From Dudresnaya verticillata (Eukaryota), in assembly GCA_977862235.1 (NCBI GenBank), contig OZ374557.1:496001-560000 (forward strand): 64,000 nucleotides of DNA, in the 5' to 3' direction. The notes beneath the pieces were generated by a model. That model saw only the letters and a list, made by a program, of their open reading frames with translations, had not been told where the DNA came from and did not search any database. Positions 1-12,100 of this stretch are shown here, in pieces; the first letter of the stretch is position 1; each line of letters opens with the position of its first letter. Made by a program: the position numbers and the translations under genes.

Positions 1-1394
1 TCATTCTATCCCGAGTCCGTTGGCAGTGTTGTCTCGTTTACCTCGATGATGTGATCGTTTTCTCCACGAATCTTCGTGAACACATCGCGCATCTCGATCA
101 AGCCCTCACGCTACTTCGTAACTCCGGGGTTTCGCTCAAAATGAATAAGTGCTTCCTTTTCCGCAAGCGAGTCGACTATCTCGGACACGTAATTTCCCCG
201 GGGAAGCTGAGTATGGCCGAGAGGAGCTCCGAGGCATTCCGATACGCGAAGTTCCCGAAGACCCTCACGCAAGTCCGTTCGTTCCTCGGTGCGTGTAACG
301 TATAACGAAGATTCTTGAAATACTTCGCGAAACTTGCGCGCCCGTTGACGAACATGACACGAAAGGACGAGGATCCTGACTACGGGAAACGCTCCATAAT
401 CGATACGGGCGCGTCTGTGTATCAACTTGGGTGCGCGTTGCTACAGGAGCAAGATGACGAAGAGTTCCAACCGGTGAGCTACTGGTCTTATTCGTTAAAA
501 GATGCCGAGAAGAACTACTCCGCAACCGAGCGCGAATGCTACGCAGTCGTATGGGCGGTTACTTCGTTACGTCCGTATATCGAAGGAACCCGGTTCACCG
601 TGCGTACGGACCACGACGCGCTCCACTGGATTCGTTCTCTCACCGATTCGTCCGGGCGACTCACCCGATGGAGGCTTCGCTTAGCCGAATTCGACTTCGA
701 AATCGTGTATCGCCCGGTCGCGTCCACCAGATTCTCGATGCCCTCTCGAGATTGCTACTTCCGCATCGCGAACAACCCGCAATCGACGACGAAGTGCCTA
801 CGTTTGACTCGGATCAAAACGCCGCAAAGCACGAAGCACGCTTCCGAAACGACGTCGCGAAAACTATCGAAAACGCAAGAGACCCAGTTCTCATCACTAC
901 GCGATCTCTCAAACGTCAAACGAACGTTATCGCGATTCGCCACGACTCCACGAGGACGACCACGCCCGCAAAATGGGTAATTCGAGCCGGCACTACGCAA
1001 AGACCCACGGAGGCCCCAAAAAATAACGCAGCTCACCATCCGCAAAGCCACGAAGGCTGCGCCCACGCCCACGACGAAGCACTGCGTGATAAATATGCAG
1101 GAAAAAACAAGGTCTACGATGACTGCGATTTATGGGACGATATCGATGACGATGATCTGTTTGACATTTATCGAATCGATCCTAACGAAGAACCGCGTGA
1201 CCTAACCGATGTCAAACCCGTAGACCTACCCGCCGATTACCGTATCCAAGATCCTCGAGGGACAGCGTATTGATTCGTTCTGCCAAACGGTTCAAGCACG
1301 AAAATCGAAAACGAAGGATATTCTCTTTCACGAAGATGGAGACGGTCTCCTGCGACGAACGCATCCGACAATTCCGAAGTTAACGCAAATCGTA
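1..1394 (+). pseudogene. pol: Disrupted RT/RNase H part of pol (A')
   Basis: YLDD at about 39-50, VDYLGH, NYSATERECYAVVW, TDHDAL, RLTRWRLRL. In-frame TAA at 303-305, an internal deletion and frameshifts. Confidence 0.93.
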
Positions 1395-2711
1395 TTGCCC
1401 GAAACGCTCCGACCCCGGCTACTTACGCTAGCGCACCATTCGTTACTCGCTGGCCACCCGGGGCAGAATCTCATGTTCTACTCACTTCTTGAAACGTATT
1501 ACTGGCCTTACATGGCTGCCGATATCGCATCTACGGTCCGAAGTTGCAAGCACTGCGCACGAAATCGGATTCTCTTACGAAGGAACCTTCATCGCTTGAA
1601 GCTCTTCCTAGCTACGCGCCCACTCGAATCGGTCGCGATTGACATCTTAGGCCCGTTGCCACGTACGAAATCTGGACGCAAGTTCATCTTCGTGATTACG
1701 GATCGCTTTGCGAAGTTGACCCAGGTGGCCACACTACGAGTAATCACCGCGTATCACGTGGCCGTTGCCTTTTGCGAAGTTTGGATATTCAAGTACGGAC
1801 CGCCCGCCTCGGTGCTCTCGGATAACGGGAAACAGTTTACTTCGAAGTTCTTTCAGGGCGTCTGTCGCTTACTCGGGTTATCGAACGTGTTCACCTCCGC
1901 ATATCATCCGCAAACAAATGGACAAACCGAACAATATAACCGGACTATCCTCGCGATGCTTCGTAACTACGTGAACGGCCACCAAAACGATTGGGACCGC
2001 TACGTCTCCGCGTTAACGGATTCGTACAATTGCCACGTTCATCGGTCTACGAAGACAACTCCGTTCAATCTCGTTTTATCGCGCCCGCCGCCCGAATTCA
2101 CCGTCAAGCATCGCTCCCGTAAGCACCGACCGAAACCCACGGAGGACATTCGAAACGATTTCATTAAGCGACTCGATGTCGCAATCGCCTCCGCAAGAAC
2201 TTCGTTACAACGTGTGCAAAACCGATACAAGCGCGACTTCGACAAACGCATCCGACGCACGAAGAGTCGCGTCAAACGCGGAGACTACGTGTTCCTCGAT
2301 ACCCACGATGGGAAAACGAAACTTCCGAAGTTTAAATCCCCCGCGGAGGGGCCATACAAAGTGCTCTTCAACGATACGCGTACACTTGTAATCGACCGCA
2401 AGGGCCTCGTTGAACGCGTCTCCGCGGACCGCTGCATCTACGTGCCACCACCTACGAATTCGCGACCGTCGATTACGCGACCCGAAGACATTGCGGAAAA
2501 GGTCAACGAAGCCCCCGAGTACGTTGTCGATCGTATCATCGATCATTCGACAGACGCAGACGGGAAAATCGTGTTTCGTATCAAGTGGGACGGCTACGCA
2601 ACGCCTACGTGGGAACCTCGTACGCACGTGCCCGAAGAACTCGTTTCGCGCTACTTCGCAAGGCTTCGAAGCCAAGCGGACCCGCGTGATCCCGTGCTAG
2701 TTGCGCACTAA
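1395..2711 (+). CDS. pol: Integrase with HHCC, DDE core, GPY/F motif and C-terminal chromodomain (open pol fragment, A')
   Basis: HH..GHPG..CKHC, IDILGP, SDNGKQF, HPQTNGQTE, EGPYKV, YVVDRIIDH..IKWDGY..TWEP. Confidence 0.93.
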   Translation: MPETLRPRLLTLAHHSLLAGHPGQNLMFYSLLETYYWPYMAADIASTVRSCKHCARNRILLRRNLHRLKLFLATRPLESVAIDILGPLPRTKSGRKFIFVITDRFAKLTQVATLRVITAYHVAVAFCEVWIFKYGPPASVLSDNGKQFTSKFFQGVCRLLGLSNVFTSAYHPQTNGQTEQYNRTILAMLRNYVNGHQNDWDRYVSALTDSYNCHVHRSTKTTPFNLVLSRPPPEFTVKHRSRKHRPKPTEDIRNDFIKRLDVAIASARTSLQRVQNRYKRDFDKRIRRTKSRVKRGDYVFLDTHDGKTKLPKFKSPAEGPYKVLFNDTRTLVIDRKGLVERVSADRCIYVPPPTNSRPSITRPEDIAEKVNEAPEYVVDRIIDHSTDADGKIVFRIKWDGYATPTWEPRTHVPEELVSRYFARLRSQADPRDPVLVAH

Positions 2712-3438
2712 TGGCTCTACGACTGGGACCCTGAGTGGTTCCGTAGCCCCGACTTCGTGATCCGCAACCCGCAGCCCGAATAAAGCCTACGCCCACTCGA
2801 GTTGCGCGGCACCCGAAGCTCATTAACCGAATGGCCCCGGCGCCCCACTACGTTCTTGCATCACGTGCTGACTGCGCAAGTGCTCATTTCGATTACCCCG
2901 GAGCATACGTTTGCATTATACCGCTACGAGTCTCTCGTGCCCCAACTTCGTGATACTCGTCTCCGTATTCCGCGACGCGCCTTCGTCGCACACGACCACA
3001 GCCCCGACACACACGGATGCCTCGGAGCAGACGACCGCCACCCCGCAGATGACGCTGCCGCAGCTGCGCAATTTCGATGGAACGCGACGCACGCCAACGC
3101 AGCCCTCGGCGGCATCACGAAGCCCTCTCCGCATCACCGTGTCCGCGCGCGATCACCGATTCGTTCGTCACGATGCCCACACAAAGTCGCGTCTCACGCA
3201 GTCGGAAGCGTTCCGCGGCATCGTAATGGGCGCGCCCACCGCTGCTATGATGGACCCACACTGTGTCCCACGAGCTTCGTGATATTCGACACTGACTCAT
3301 CCGCGCACACGGTTGCACCGCGGCACTCGCATTACAGGAGCTGACACCGCGACGGACGGACACGGTGAACTATACGTAACTTGTCATACGCGCCTGACGT
3401 CATACTTCGAGGCCGATGCCACCCGCAACACGCACTTC

Positions 3439-4959
3439 CACGCGAACGACCGGACAGAGGAGGAAGAGCGGCGAAGTGAGCTCGCAGACGCTCCATTTGT
3501 TCAACCGGACCCGGAATCTGCAACCAATTGGACTCATAGTCCACTATGACCTTCTCCACCCCTTCTGCCAGACTATGTATGTTGAGATGACGCATGTTCC
3601 AATGGTAAGCTAACCTGATGGCTGAATCACGTCGGTTGAAGACGTCTCGGATAACGTGGTCTGCTATTGAAAATCCCATAGCCGAAGGAGCATGAGGGCC
3701 CTGGAACTGCCCGTCAACAGTCTCGTCGAAGACGGGAACTTGCTCGGGTCTCAGGACCCGGTTCCCGCCAACGGAAACAAACCCACTCGGCTGTAACCCC
3801 GGTCATACAAGTGCCCCCATCAAGGATAATTGGCTTCACCTCGGATGGCTCCGGCTGTATGAGATACTCCGGTAGCATCGGATGCCACTTCTGCAGTTCA
3901 GAATCAACCTAATCACCACTGTTGTAAACGGGCATCAGATGACCAGTGTTGTCTGGTAGATGTCGGTTGCGCTTGGTAATTTCAATCCAGCGAATACGCT
4001 CGATGAAGATGAGCAGGGCTTCTAAATCCTTTTCGTCGTCTGCATCAGCAGCTAAGTCCTTGAGGCCTAACGCCCAAATTGCTGCCCGTAATGCTTGACC
4101 CATGAAGTATAGCATACCACGACGTGCCTCATACATCAGCGTCTGAGTAATGAGAACGACTCACTCATGGCGGAAAATGCCCGAAAGAACGCTATCGCTC
4201 CAAAGCGCGCTATCATCCATGGCTTTACCCATCATATCTAGGCCGAGATATGTGAGGATAGTCGGTGTCCCGACCGCCATGGAGTATGAGACCTCGACGT
4301 TGTTGTGGTCGTCCGGTATCTGGGGATACTTAGCATTATACCACTCCGGCTTGATAGCCGTCACTTCCTGTCAATGACACGGTATGAAGAAAACAATCTT
4401 GTGCCTCTGTCACCGCTCGAAGCGAGCGTGTTCCAACGACATAGCCGTCTGCGGGTTATCCAACGCATATTTCAAGTTGGATGAATCGTCCCACCGCACA
4501 ACGCGGGCCAGTGTATACCGGAAGTTATCCCTGCCTTGCAGAATGCGTTCCCGCCCATGTATCACCAAACGTCGGTCCCACTCTCCACTCTGGTGGATCC
4601 CATGAAACATCAAGGCGCGGTATTGGTGCCGGTCAAGATACCCACGCGTGTACGCATGAGACGGTTCCAAACACGGCTCTGAGCCCTCCAACCACCGATG
4701 CGACGCACCTTCTCACGACTAGCCCCCGCACGCACCTTTAAGTGTGCCAGGTCGGTACGCAGGAACCCGTCGCCGCTATGCAAGATAAGCAACGGCACAC
4801 CGGCCCCTAGGGCCGGTGCGCCTGCAAAGGGGCATTCGTTCCCGGGCAGGACCACCTAAAACAAAAATAGACATGAATCACACCGGCCGCGTCCATCGCA
4901 TGTCCAAAGACATTTGCGCTCGAGCCTGCCACCCCATACGCCAAGTGCGGCGGGACCAT
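3439..4959 (-). pseudogene. Antisense accessory gene of element C (disrupted, 3'-truncated)
   Basis: MVPPHLAYGVAGSSANV, LRTDLAHLKVRAGASRE, GRDNFRYTLARVVRWDDSSNLKYALDNPQTA, IFRHE, YEARRG and QMERLRAHFAALPPL align with the ORFs at 40905-43155 and 58124-60319. Confidence 0.88.
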
Positions 4960-5709
4960 CTCGATAGGGCGCGGTGATATGTCAACGTCTTCCCAGCCGT
5001 CCTTTCAGCAGATCTTCTAAGGCTCGGAGACCTTCCTAGCGTTGAATGTTGGGTCCAGAAATGGCCCTGAGGGCCAGTGAGCGCGACCTGAGAAACCTGC
5101 TCCGGCGCGGAGGCCGTTTTTCAGCCTGAAAGTCGGCTCCAATGCTAAGTCCAAAGACTGACCAGCGCGACCTGAGCAAACGGCTGTGAGCCGGGAAGAT
5201 CGGAGTGCATGCGACGGGAGTCGTCGCACTCGAGGCCAGTCGGCGGTGAGCAACAATGCGCAACTGAAAGGGGCGCGAGGGCGTTTTAGTAGGTAAACGC
5301 CGAGGCGCGCCACGCAAACGCCGATGAAGATGTTTGACGCCACGAGGCGCGGAGGATGAAGTCGCCCAAAGCACACAGGGGGAAGGAGGAGTGAAGTCGG
5401 TTGCGGTTTGCGACGGTGGGTGGGTGTGAGCACGGTGGGCGGCGAGACGGCTGAGAGCCGTCGTTGAAATAGACCCACGCCCGTCTGGCGCTTAGCGCAC
5501 TCGATACCGGTCTTGCCGCCGATGACGGCTCGAGCCGCGTTGACTTGGCCTCGCCGTTGAGACGGTCGAAGGGAGGCGTTTTCTCACGCGTGGCTATTGC
5601 GCCAGTGAACGGACCGAGATTTCAAATTTCAACGCCCACAGGATTTGGAAACAGCATCGCTGTACAGCTCTCTACTGAGCGCAGTCGCTCAGTTTTAGGA
5701 AGGAAGCCG

Positions 5710-6348
5710 TGTGATACAACGAGCGCTGGGACGCTATAAGGATCCAAGTTCACACGCAATGCCTGTAAACCGTGGAATAAAAAATGATATGGCCACACGC
5801 CATCGGGTGATTGACTACGTGAGCGCTGTACGTGCTCAGTGGCTGTCTTGCGCCATCATTTCGCGGCTATTTTGGGCACGGCGTCTTACAGTGAGTCCGC
5901 ACGCACGGAATCGGTACACCCGCTCATCCCTATTCCTAATCCGTATTTCATCTGTTAGTCTACAGTACTAGTTCACTGTTAGTATTATAGCTCTAACTGA
6001 GAGGGTAGTATCTTTCCGGATCCCGCCGTATTTATTAGGCCCCTGAGTACCAGAGGCCCCGCATTAAACGGGCAGCGGTGTTTCCCTTGGGGTTTTCCCC
6101 TTTCTTGGACTCTCACGGTATCACCGCTACAGATCCCCCTTTAGGTGTTTACAAGCCGTGCTACCCACGAAGAATGCTCTAAGCAGTACAGTTCGCCTTT
6201 CCTTTTCACCTCTTGATCAGGGCTCGCAGCCCTTTCAACTCTCTACCCCGCCCTTTAGGATCTACCAACCACGCGAGTGGAACTGGCTTCAGGACAGCTG
6301 TCGCGCTGTTTTGCCGTCTTTGTTCTGGCTTGGAACCATTCTACTACA
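5710..6348 (+). repeat. 3' LTR of element C
   Basis: Follows the PPT and has TG...CA termini. The TATTTA/CCCCTGAGTA core is shared with the LTRs at 39202-40107 and 48199-48889. Confidence 0.82.
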
Positions 6349-6442
6349 CAGCAGTCGCATTCCGTGCCGCACACGACGCGCCCCAGTGACGCTCTCCGGT
6401 ATCGAGCCGTTGAGCAGTCACTGCCGGTTACGACCTGCCCGC

Positions 6443-6963
6443 TGTAATACAGTGAAGGGCTTACAGAAGTAGGCCCTCTGCCCTCGTGTATGCGCTGAAA
6501 TAGCGTTACCTATAGGGCGCCAACAGGGACAAGACGGGTAGTCTATGATTGGTCCAAGTCTCACCCGGTAGGTCAGTAGCTTAGTATATGTCTATTTATT
6601 TTAGAAATTACAGCTTAGGATAGGGGGCGTGTATATTGCCCAGTATGAGGGGTGCTGCCTGGCAGTCGGAGTACCATATATGAGGGTATCTCCCGTAGCG
6701 GTCACTGTACAGTAAAGGTAAGCACCTTCCGGCCCCGACTACGTCTCCAAGCTATCAGTACCGCAGCACACCTGTCACCCGTGCCCGGTTAACCGCCCGC
6801 CCATTGAACTACCTTCAGTATCGTGCTTCCAATCAATTTACGTGCCCTCGTCTACCCTTTGGGTTCCTCCCACTCTACCACCGCTACCAGGTACCCGCTC
6901 TATGGTTTTCTCATTGAGTGCACTCTTTGAGTTCCCAAGAGACCTAAAAGGTACTTCCTTACA
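6443..6963 (+). repeat. 5' LTR of B
   Basis: TGTAATACA...CCTTACA, direct repeat of 15792-16310. Confidence 0.96.
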
Positions 6964-6965
6964 TC

Positions 6966-6977
6966 TGGTCTCCCGAC
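6966..6977 (+). promoter_or_regulatory. Primer-binding site TGGTCTCCCGAC (B)
   Basis: Starts with TGG, 2 nt after the LTR. The same 12-mer occurs in A and F. Confidence 0.85.
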
Positions 6978-7166
6978 CTAGAACTATCAAGGTTGGTGAG
7001 CCGTTAAGAGGACGACGAATATCGTAATCCAATTGGATATTGAAGAAAACCAACCCACCAAGGCCCCTGTTACTCCAAGATATCAACTCCCACTCAAAGT
7101 AGTTCCCGTCGTGGTCAGAAGGCAGAGCAGACCCCACTGGTCCCCCCAGTTGAGGACGCGGAGTCT

Positions 7167-9102
7167 TTGCTCCACCCTCCGAGGACTCCTGGAGTAGAAC
7201 AAGTGGAACCGCCTGGTCAAGCATCCGCAAATCCCGTAACAGGTAAACCCTCAGCAGGTCCTTCGAAAGAAGTCGCAAGGCAGCCCCCGCTACATTCCAA
7301 CCGTAACCATTGGGTCAATACTGATCTGATGCCCCGTCCGATAACCTGGCTACATGACGAGTTGACCCTTCGGTTACCTCAAACGGTTGAACCACTAGTG
7401 GGACACTTTCTAGAAGAAGAAGGTCCAAGGACACTCTCAGAGTTTGCCGCCACGGCTACTGACAAATTAGTCCAGTCATAGACCACCCAGCCAGACAGTA
7501 GTCCAATCTATGGGATGCTTACCGAAATGGTTCCCCCGTTGGTTGCTCAGTCTCTCGAGGCTTTTGGGCAAGCAGCGGACTCTTCAACTGGACCAAAAGC
7601 TATACCCACAGGGGAAACCAAAGTGGAAAATAAGGAGAATGATGTCGTCTCTCCTGGCATCGTTCTACCAACCGAAACTGGTGATACAAATAAGAAACCC
7701 GAAGGGGGTTTGTCGGACTCCAAAGGTAGTAAGAGTAACCGACATGTATCTCCGCCCAAGAAGTCTAAAAAGAAGAAGAAGGACAAACAAAAGAAAAATA
7801 AGAAGAAACATTACTCATCTGAGTCTGACTCATCGTCAGCTACCTCAGATGGTTCAAGTTCGGATGATTCTTCCAATGATGACCGACGGCGTCGTCGCCC
7901 ATCGTCTAAAACTACAACGGTCAGGAGGATTAAACACCTCAATGACCTATTTACCCGAGTGGTTAGCTTTACCGATTGGATAACCGCTCAAGGCTTTACT
8001 CCTCGAGAATCTCTCGGAAAGTAAATACATACTATAAGAGGATGGCTATTCAGATGCCACCTCTCGTTTCTCGGGGGTAGACCCGATTAACATTTTGGGT
8101 TTCCTTGCAAGGTTCAAGGATGCCTGTAATCACAATGATGTTCACGAAGGAGCAGCCGTTTGGTTATTACAATACTTTATGACAGGAACCGCCAGAGACA
8201 ACCTTCAGGCGAGGTTACAGACAAGAACCAGTATGGTCGTGGACTGCGAAGATGAGGGGGATTTGTTAACAACGTACCCCGAAGTGGTTAATTACCTTTT
8301 GGAAACCTATGCCACCGATGAGGTTATTGCGCAAGTCTATTCTGACGTGATCTCGTTGCGACAAGCCGAAGGAAAAACGGAATGGGACTTCGCAGAGTTA
8401 GTGAGAGCCAGAGATCGCCGATGCGGGTCGGTGTTGACAGAACACCACCTCAAGGTGATCTTCGTTGATGGGCTCCTCCCGAGTATCCGTGCTCCGGTTC
8501 GTAACCGGTTGGCTTCTTCAAAGCGTTTGTCCTATACTCAGATTACACAATATGCACAAGACCTTGGGGAAGCTCATAGGAGTACACGTGGGGCGACAAA
8601 CCTAAAGGGAAAAAGGGGAGTAATCCCCGTCGCCGCGGTTAGCTTCGGGAAACCACCGTCTCACTCCTTGAGTACGTCGACTGCTACCTCCGAGGGTTTA
8701 CCAGGAATGGAAGACATTAATGAGGAGGAGGTTTTCCAACTCGGTGAACACTTATCCAAACAGTCTATGGCTCCACCGTCTTCAATAACCACAGTGGGGT
8801 CCCGAGATGGTGCGCCGATACGAGCATGCTGGATCTGTGCTAATCCGGACCATATGGCACATGAATGCCCATTGGTAACCCCCGCTGTTCGCGCTGGCAT
8901 AATTGCTTCCAGAAGGCAGAACCTCTATGGGTTAGCCCAAGCCCGAGCCCTGCAAGGTAACCGACAAGGTAACCCCGGGGCCTCCTTCTCAACAGGTCAT
9001 CCGGGCCCTACCCAGGCTAGACGCACGGGATCACCCTCAGTGGAGCCCTCAAAGGCAGTTCAAGGAGTTACCATTGCGGAAAACGTGGAGGAGGAGGCAT
9101 AA
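7167..9102 (+). pseudogene. gag: gag of B (frameshifted; Lys/Ser-rich region, capsid-like region, CCHC knuckle)
   Basis: FLARFKDAC..VHEGAAVW, FVDGL, CWICANPDHMAHEC. Start uncertain. Confidence 0.85.
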
Positions 9103-12100
9103 CGACGCATGCCCCCTCCCCAAATATGCGCCTTCCAGAACCTGTGTTGCGACCCGACACTACGGATAACCCGGACGGTGATGACTATAATGAATTATGT
9201 TTACTTAAGAAGCAAAAATACAAAGTGGATCTATCGTTAGGGGTCTGGTCATCTCAGATGATATCCGCAAGGGGCGTGATCGATTCTGGCGCCGGACCCA
9301 ATCTGGTTCATGTTAAAATGTTACCTAATGGTTGGGAAACGCGAGCCAAACCCTATAAGGAAACCACACATAACATCTTCGACGCTTCTAATAATCGAAT
9401 ATTACCTCTAGGAGTCATCCCCTTATATATCCGTGTCGGCAATCTCTACACGAAGACCCATTTTCTGCTTGTTGCTAATATGCCTGCCGAAGTTATACTC
9501 GGTACAGCCTTCATCGATCGACATATCACAGCCATCATGCCTGGACCCCGAAGGTTACTCTTGAAGGATGCTCCAGCAGTACCTAACATCGGTGTTTCCA
9601 TGGGAGGAAGCACGGTTACCAACGATAAACAACCAACGGTTTCTACCGAAGTGAGATTGGCCAAAGACTGCGTCATACCTCCAAGGTCACGCTCGTTTGT
9701 GCCGGAAAGAACAAGCGCAGCTGGATTATACCTGGTTCATAATACCTCACGGTCACTACACAAGTCGTTAACCATAATGGCAAACGGTATCAGGGATATC
9801 CTTCCGATGGGAACGTTTGCTGTACTAATGACCAATTTTGGTGATCGCCCTGCTCGACTGAAAAAACTCAAGTAATAGGCCATGCGTTGCCAAGACCTGA
9901 TCAGGTTTTGAGTATTGGTACTCTACAAGAGAATAACCAGTCGGATACCCAGGAGGTGAAATCAAAAGCGGAACCCAGTTGGGAAGACACTGTCCATATA
10001 GGTGTCGAAGACAGTACTTCCCGATCCCAAATTACGGAATTGCTTCAAGAGTATCAAGAAATGTGGTCAGGCCAACTGGGTACCATTAAGGCCACTCAGC
10101 ACACGATTGAGTTGATGGAAGGGGAGAAACCCATCTATCAACACCCTTATAGGGCCGGCCCTAAAGCTCGAGAAGCTGAAAAGACGGAAGTACAACGAAC
10201 GTTACGAGAAGGCGTTATTGAACCCCCGGGGCCAGAATGGCCCAGCCTTGTGGTCCTTGTGTCGAAACCTGATGGGTCTTTGCGCTTTAGCGTCGACTAT
10301 TGCTGGCTGAATAGTATTACTCGGAGAGATTTATTTCCGTTACCTCGAATGGACGAATGTATTGACTCACCGGGAGATGCTAAGGTATTCACGACGCTCG
10401 ACTGTAATAGTGGTTATTGGCAAGTGGAAGTCGATCCCGACGATCGCGATAAAACGACGTTCACCTGCCACGAAGGGTTATACCGTTTTATCAGGATGCT
10501 ATTTGGTCTCAAGAATGCGCCCGCCATATTCCAACGAGCAGTCGACATTATAATGTCCCGGTGCAAGTGGCAATACGCTTTGGTTTATCTCGATGACGTT
10601 ATCGTTTGCTCTCGGAGTATCCAGAACCACTTCCACCATTTACGTACTGTACTCGATCTACTCCGAACCGCTGGGGTTTCCCTTAAGTTGTCTAAGTGCA
10701 AGTTCTTCGAAGCTTCCGTCGATTACCTCTGACATGTAATACGTCCCGGAAAGCTTGAGGTAGCCTCTCCGAACGTTACCGCCCTACGACAGGCGAAACC
10801 TCCCACGGATCAAACCGAGTTAAGGTCATTTCTTGGGGTATGTAACGTCTATCGACGTTTTGTCCCCAATTATGCACAGATTGCGTCTCCCCTCTCCAGG
10901 AAACTTCGAAAAGATCAACCCTTCACTTTTGAGTCACTGACCGAAGACTAGTACGACGTCTTTGACGATCTCAGGCGTCGTCTTTTAACCGCACCAATAT
11001 TGGCTTTACCTCGAAAGGGATTCCGTTATTGCGTTGACACAGACGCGTGCGACCTTCAGGTTGGCTGTTGCTTACTTCAAGAAAACAAACAAGGGACAAG
11101 CTACCTATTGGTAATTGGAGTCGCACACTTAATTCCGCAGAGCGTAACTATTTGGCCACCGAACGGGAATGCCTCGCCGTAGTATGGAGTCTTTTAACCC
11201 TCAGACCTTACCTCGAAGGCGACCGCTTTACGGTTAGAACCGACCACGAACCCCTTCAGTGGTTGTTAAAACTCTCGGATGCATCGGGTCACCTTGCCCG
11301 TTGGCGCTTAAGACTCTCGGAGTTCGACTTTCCAGTCACCTACAACCCTGGACGGGAACATCATTTCGCTGACACCATATCACGGCTTTCGACGCCAGGG
11401 AGTGACCAAACGCCATTAGACGATGACATCCCCTGTTTTACACTCGCGGTTGAAAATAGCGCTCCGGGTCAGCTCAGTTTACCTACCGTCCGTGACTTGG
11501 CAAACCAGAAGGGTTTACCCCGCCAGGTTAGTAGGCAAGAACTCCTCGAGGCACAATCAAAGGATGCGTATTGCCAACAGATGGCTAACCAAGTTGGTAT
11601 CGCTGGATCCCAATTCCAGTGGGATCATAACGGTTTTCTAATCCGCCAAGCGACACTCGACGGAGCACTCCAGATCTTGGTGCCAAAGTCCCTGCGTCCC
11701 CGCATACTATATTTTGCCCACTATCCCCTTCTTTCTGGACACCCTGGTGGTTCAAGAATGTATTACACCCTCCGGCGACAGTCTTATTGGCCATATAGGG
11801 CTAATGACGCATATGCCGTAGTGGGTGACTGTACTAAGGGTGTCCAAAACCGGGGTACCTTACGGAGACATCAGAACTACCTTAAGTAGTTTCCAGCCGC
11901 TGGCCCACTGGAATTCCTTGCCATGGACCTCGCGGGTCCTTTTCCCAAAACCGAGCATGGTAACCGTTTCGTCTTGGTTATTACCGATCGGTTTTCTAAG
12001 CTCACCCGCGTCATACCTTTACGGAATACTAATGCCAGCAAGGTTGGACAAGTTTTTCTGGACCACTGGGTCTACCCTTACGATGTTCCGTTATATGTCC

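Larger units (their letters stand above)
1..3438 (+). mobile_element. Partial copy (A') of Gypsy element A: end of RT, RNase H, integrase-chromodomain and 3' internal region
   Basis: Matches 26109-29546 at a constant offset of 26108. The match stops after CGCACTTC at 3438. Confidence 0.95.
3439..6348 (+). mobile_element. 3' remnant of Gypsy element C: antisense gene, PPT and 3' LTR
   Basis: Antisense ORF homologous to those of E and F. PPT AGGAAGGAAGCCG at 5697-5709. LTR TGTGATACAA...CTACTACA resembles the E and F LTRs. Confidence 0.85.
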
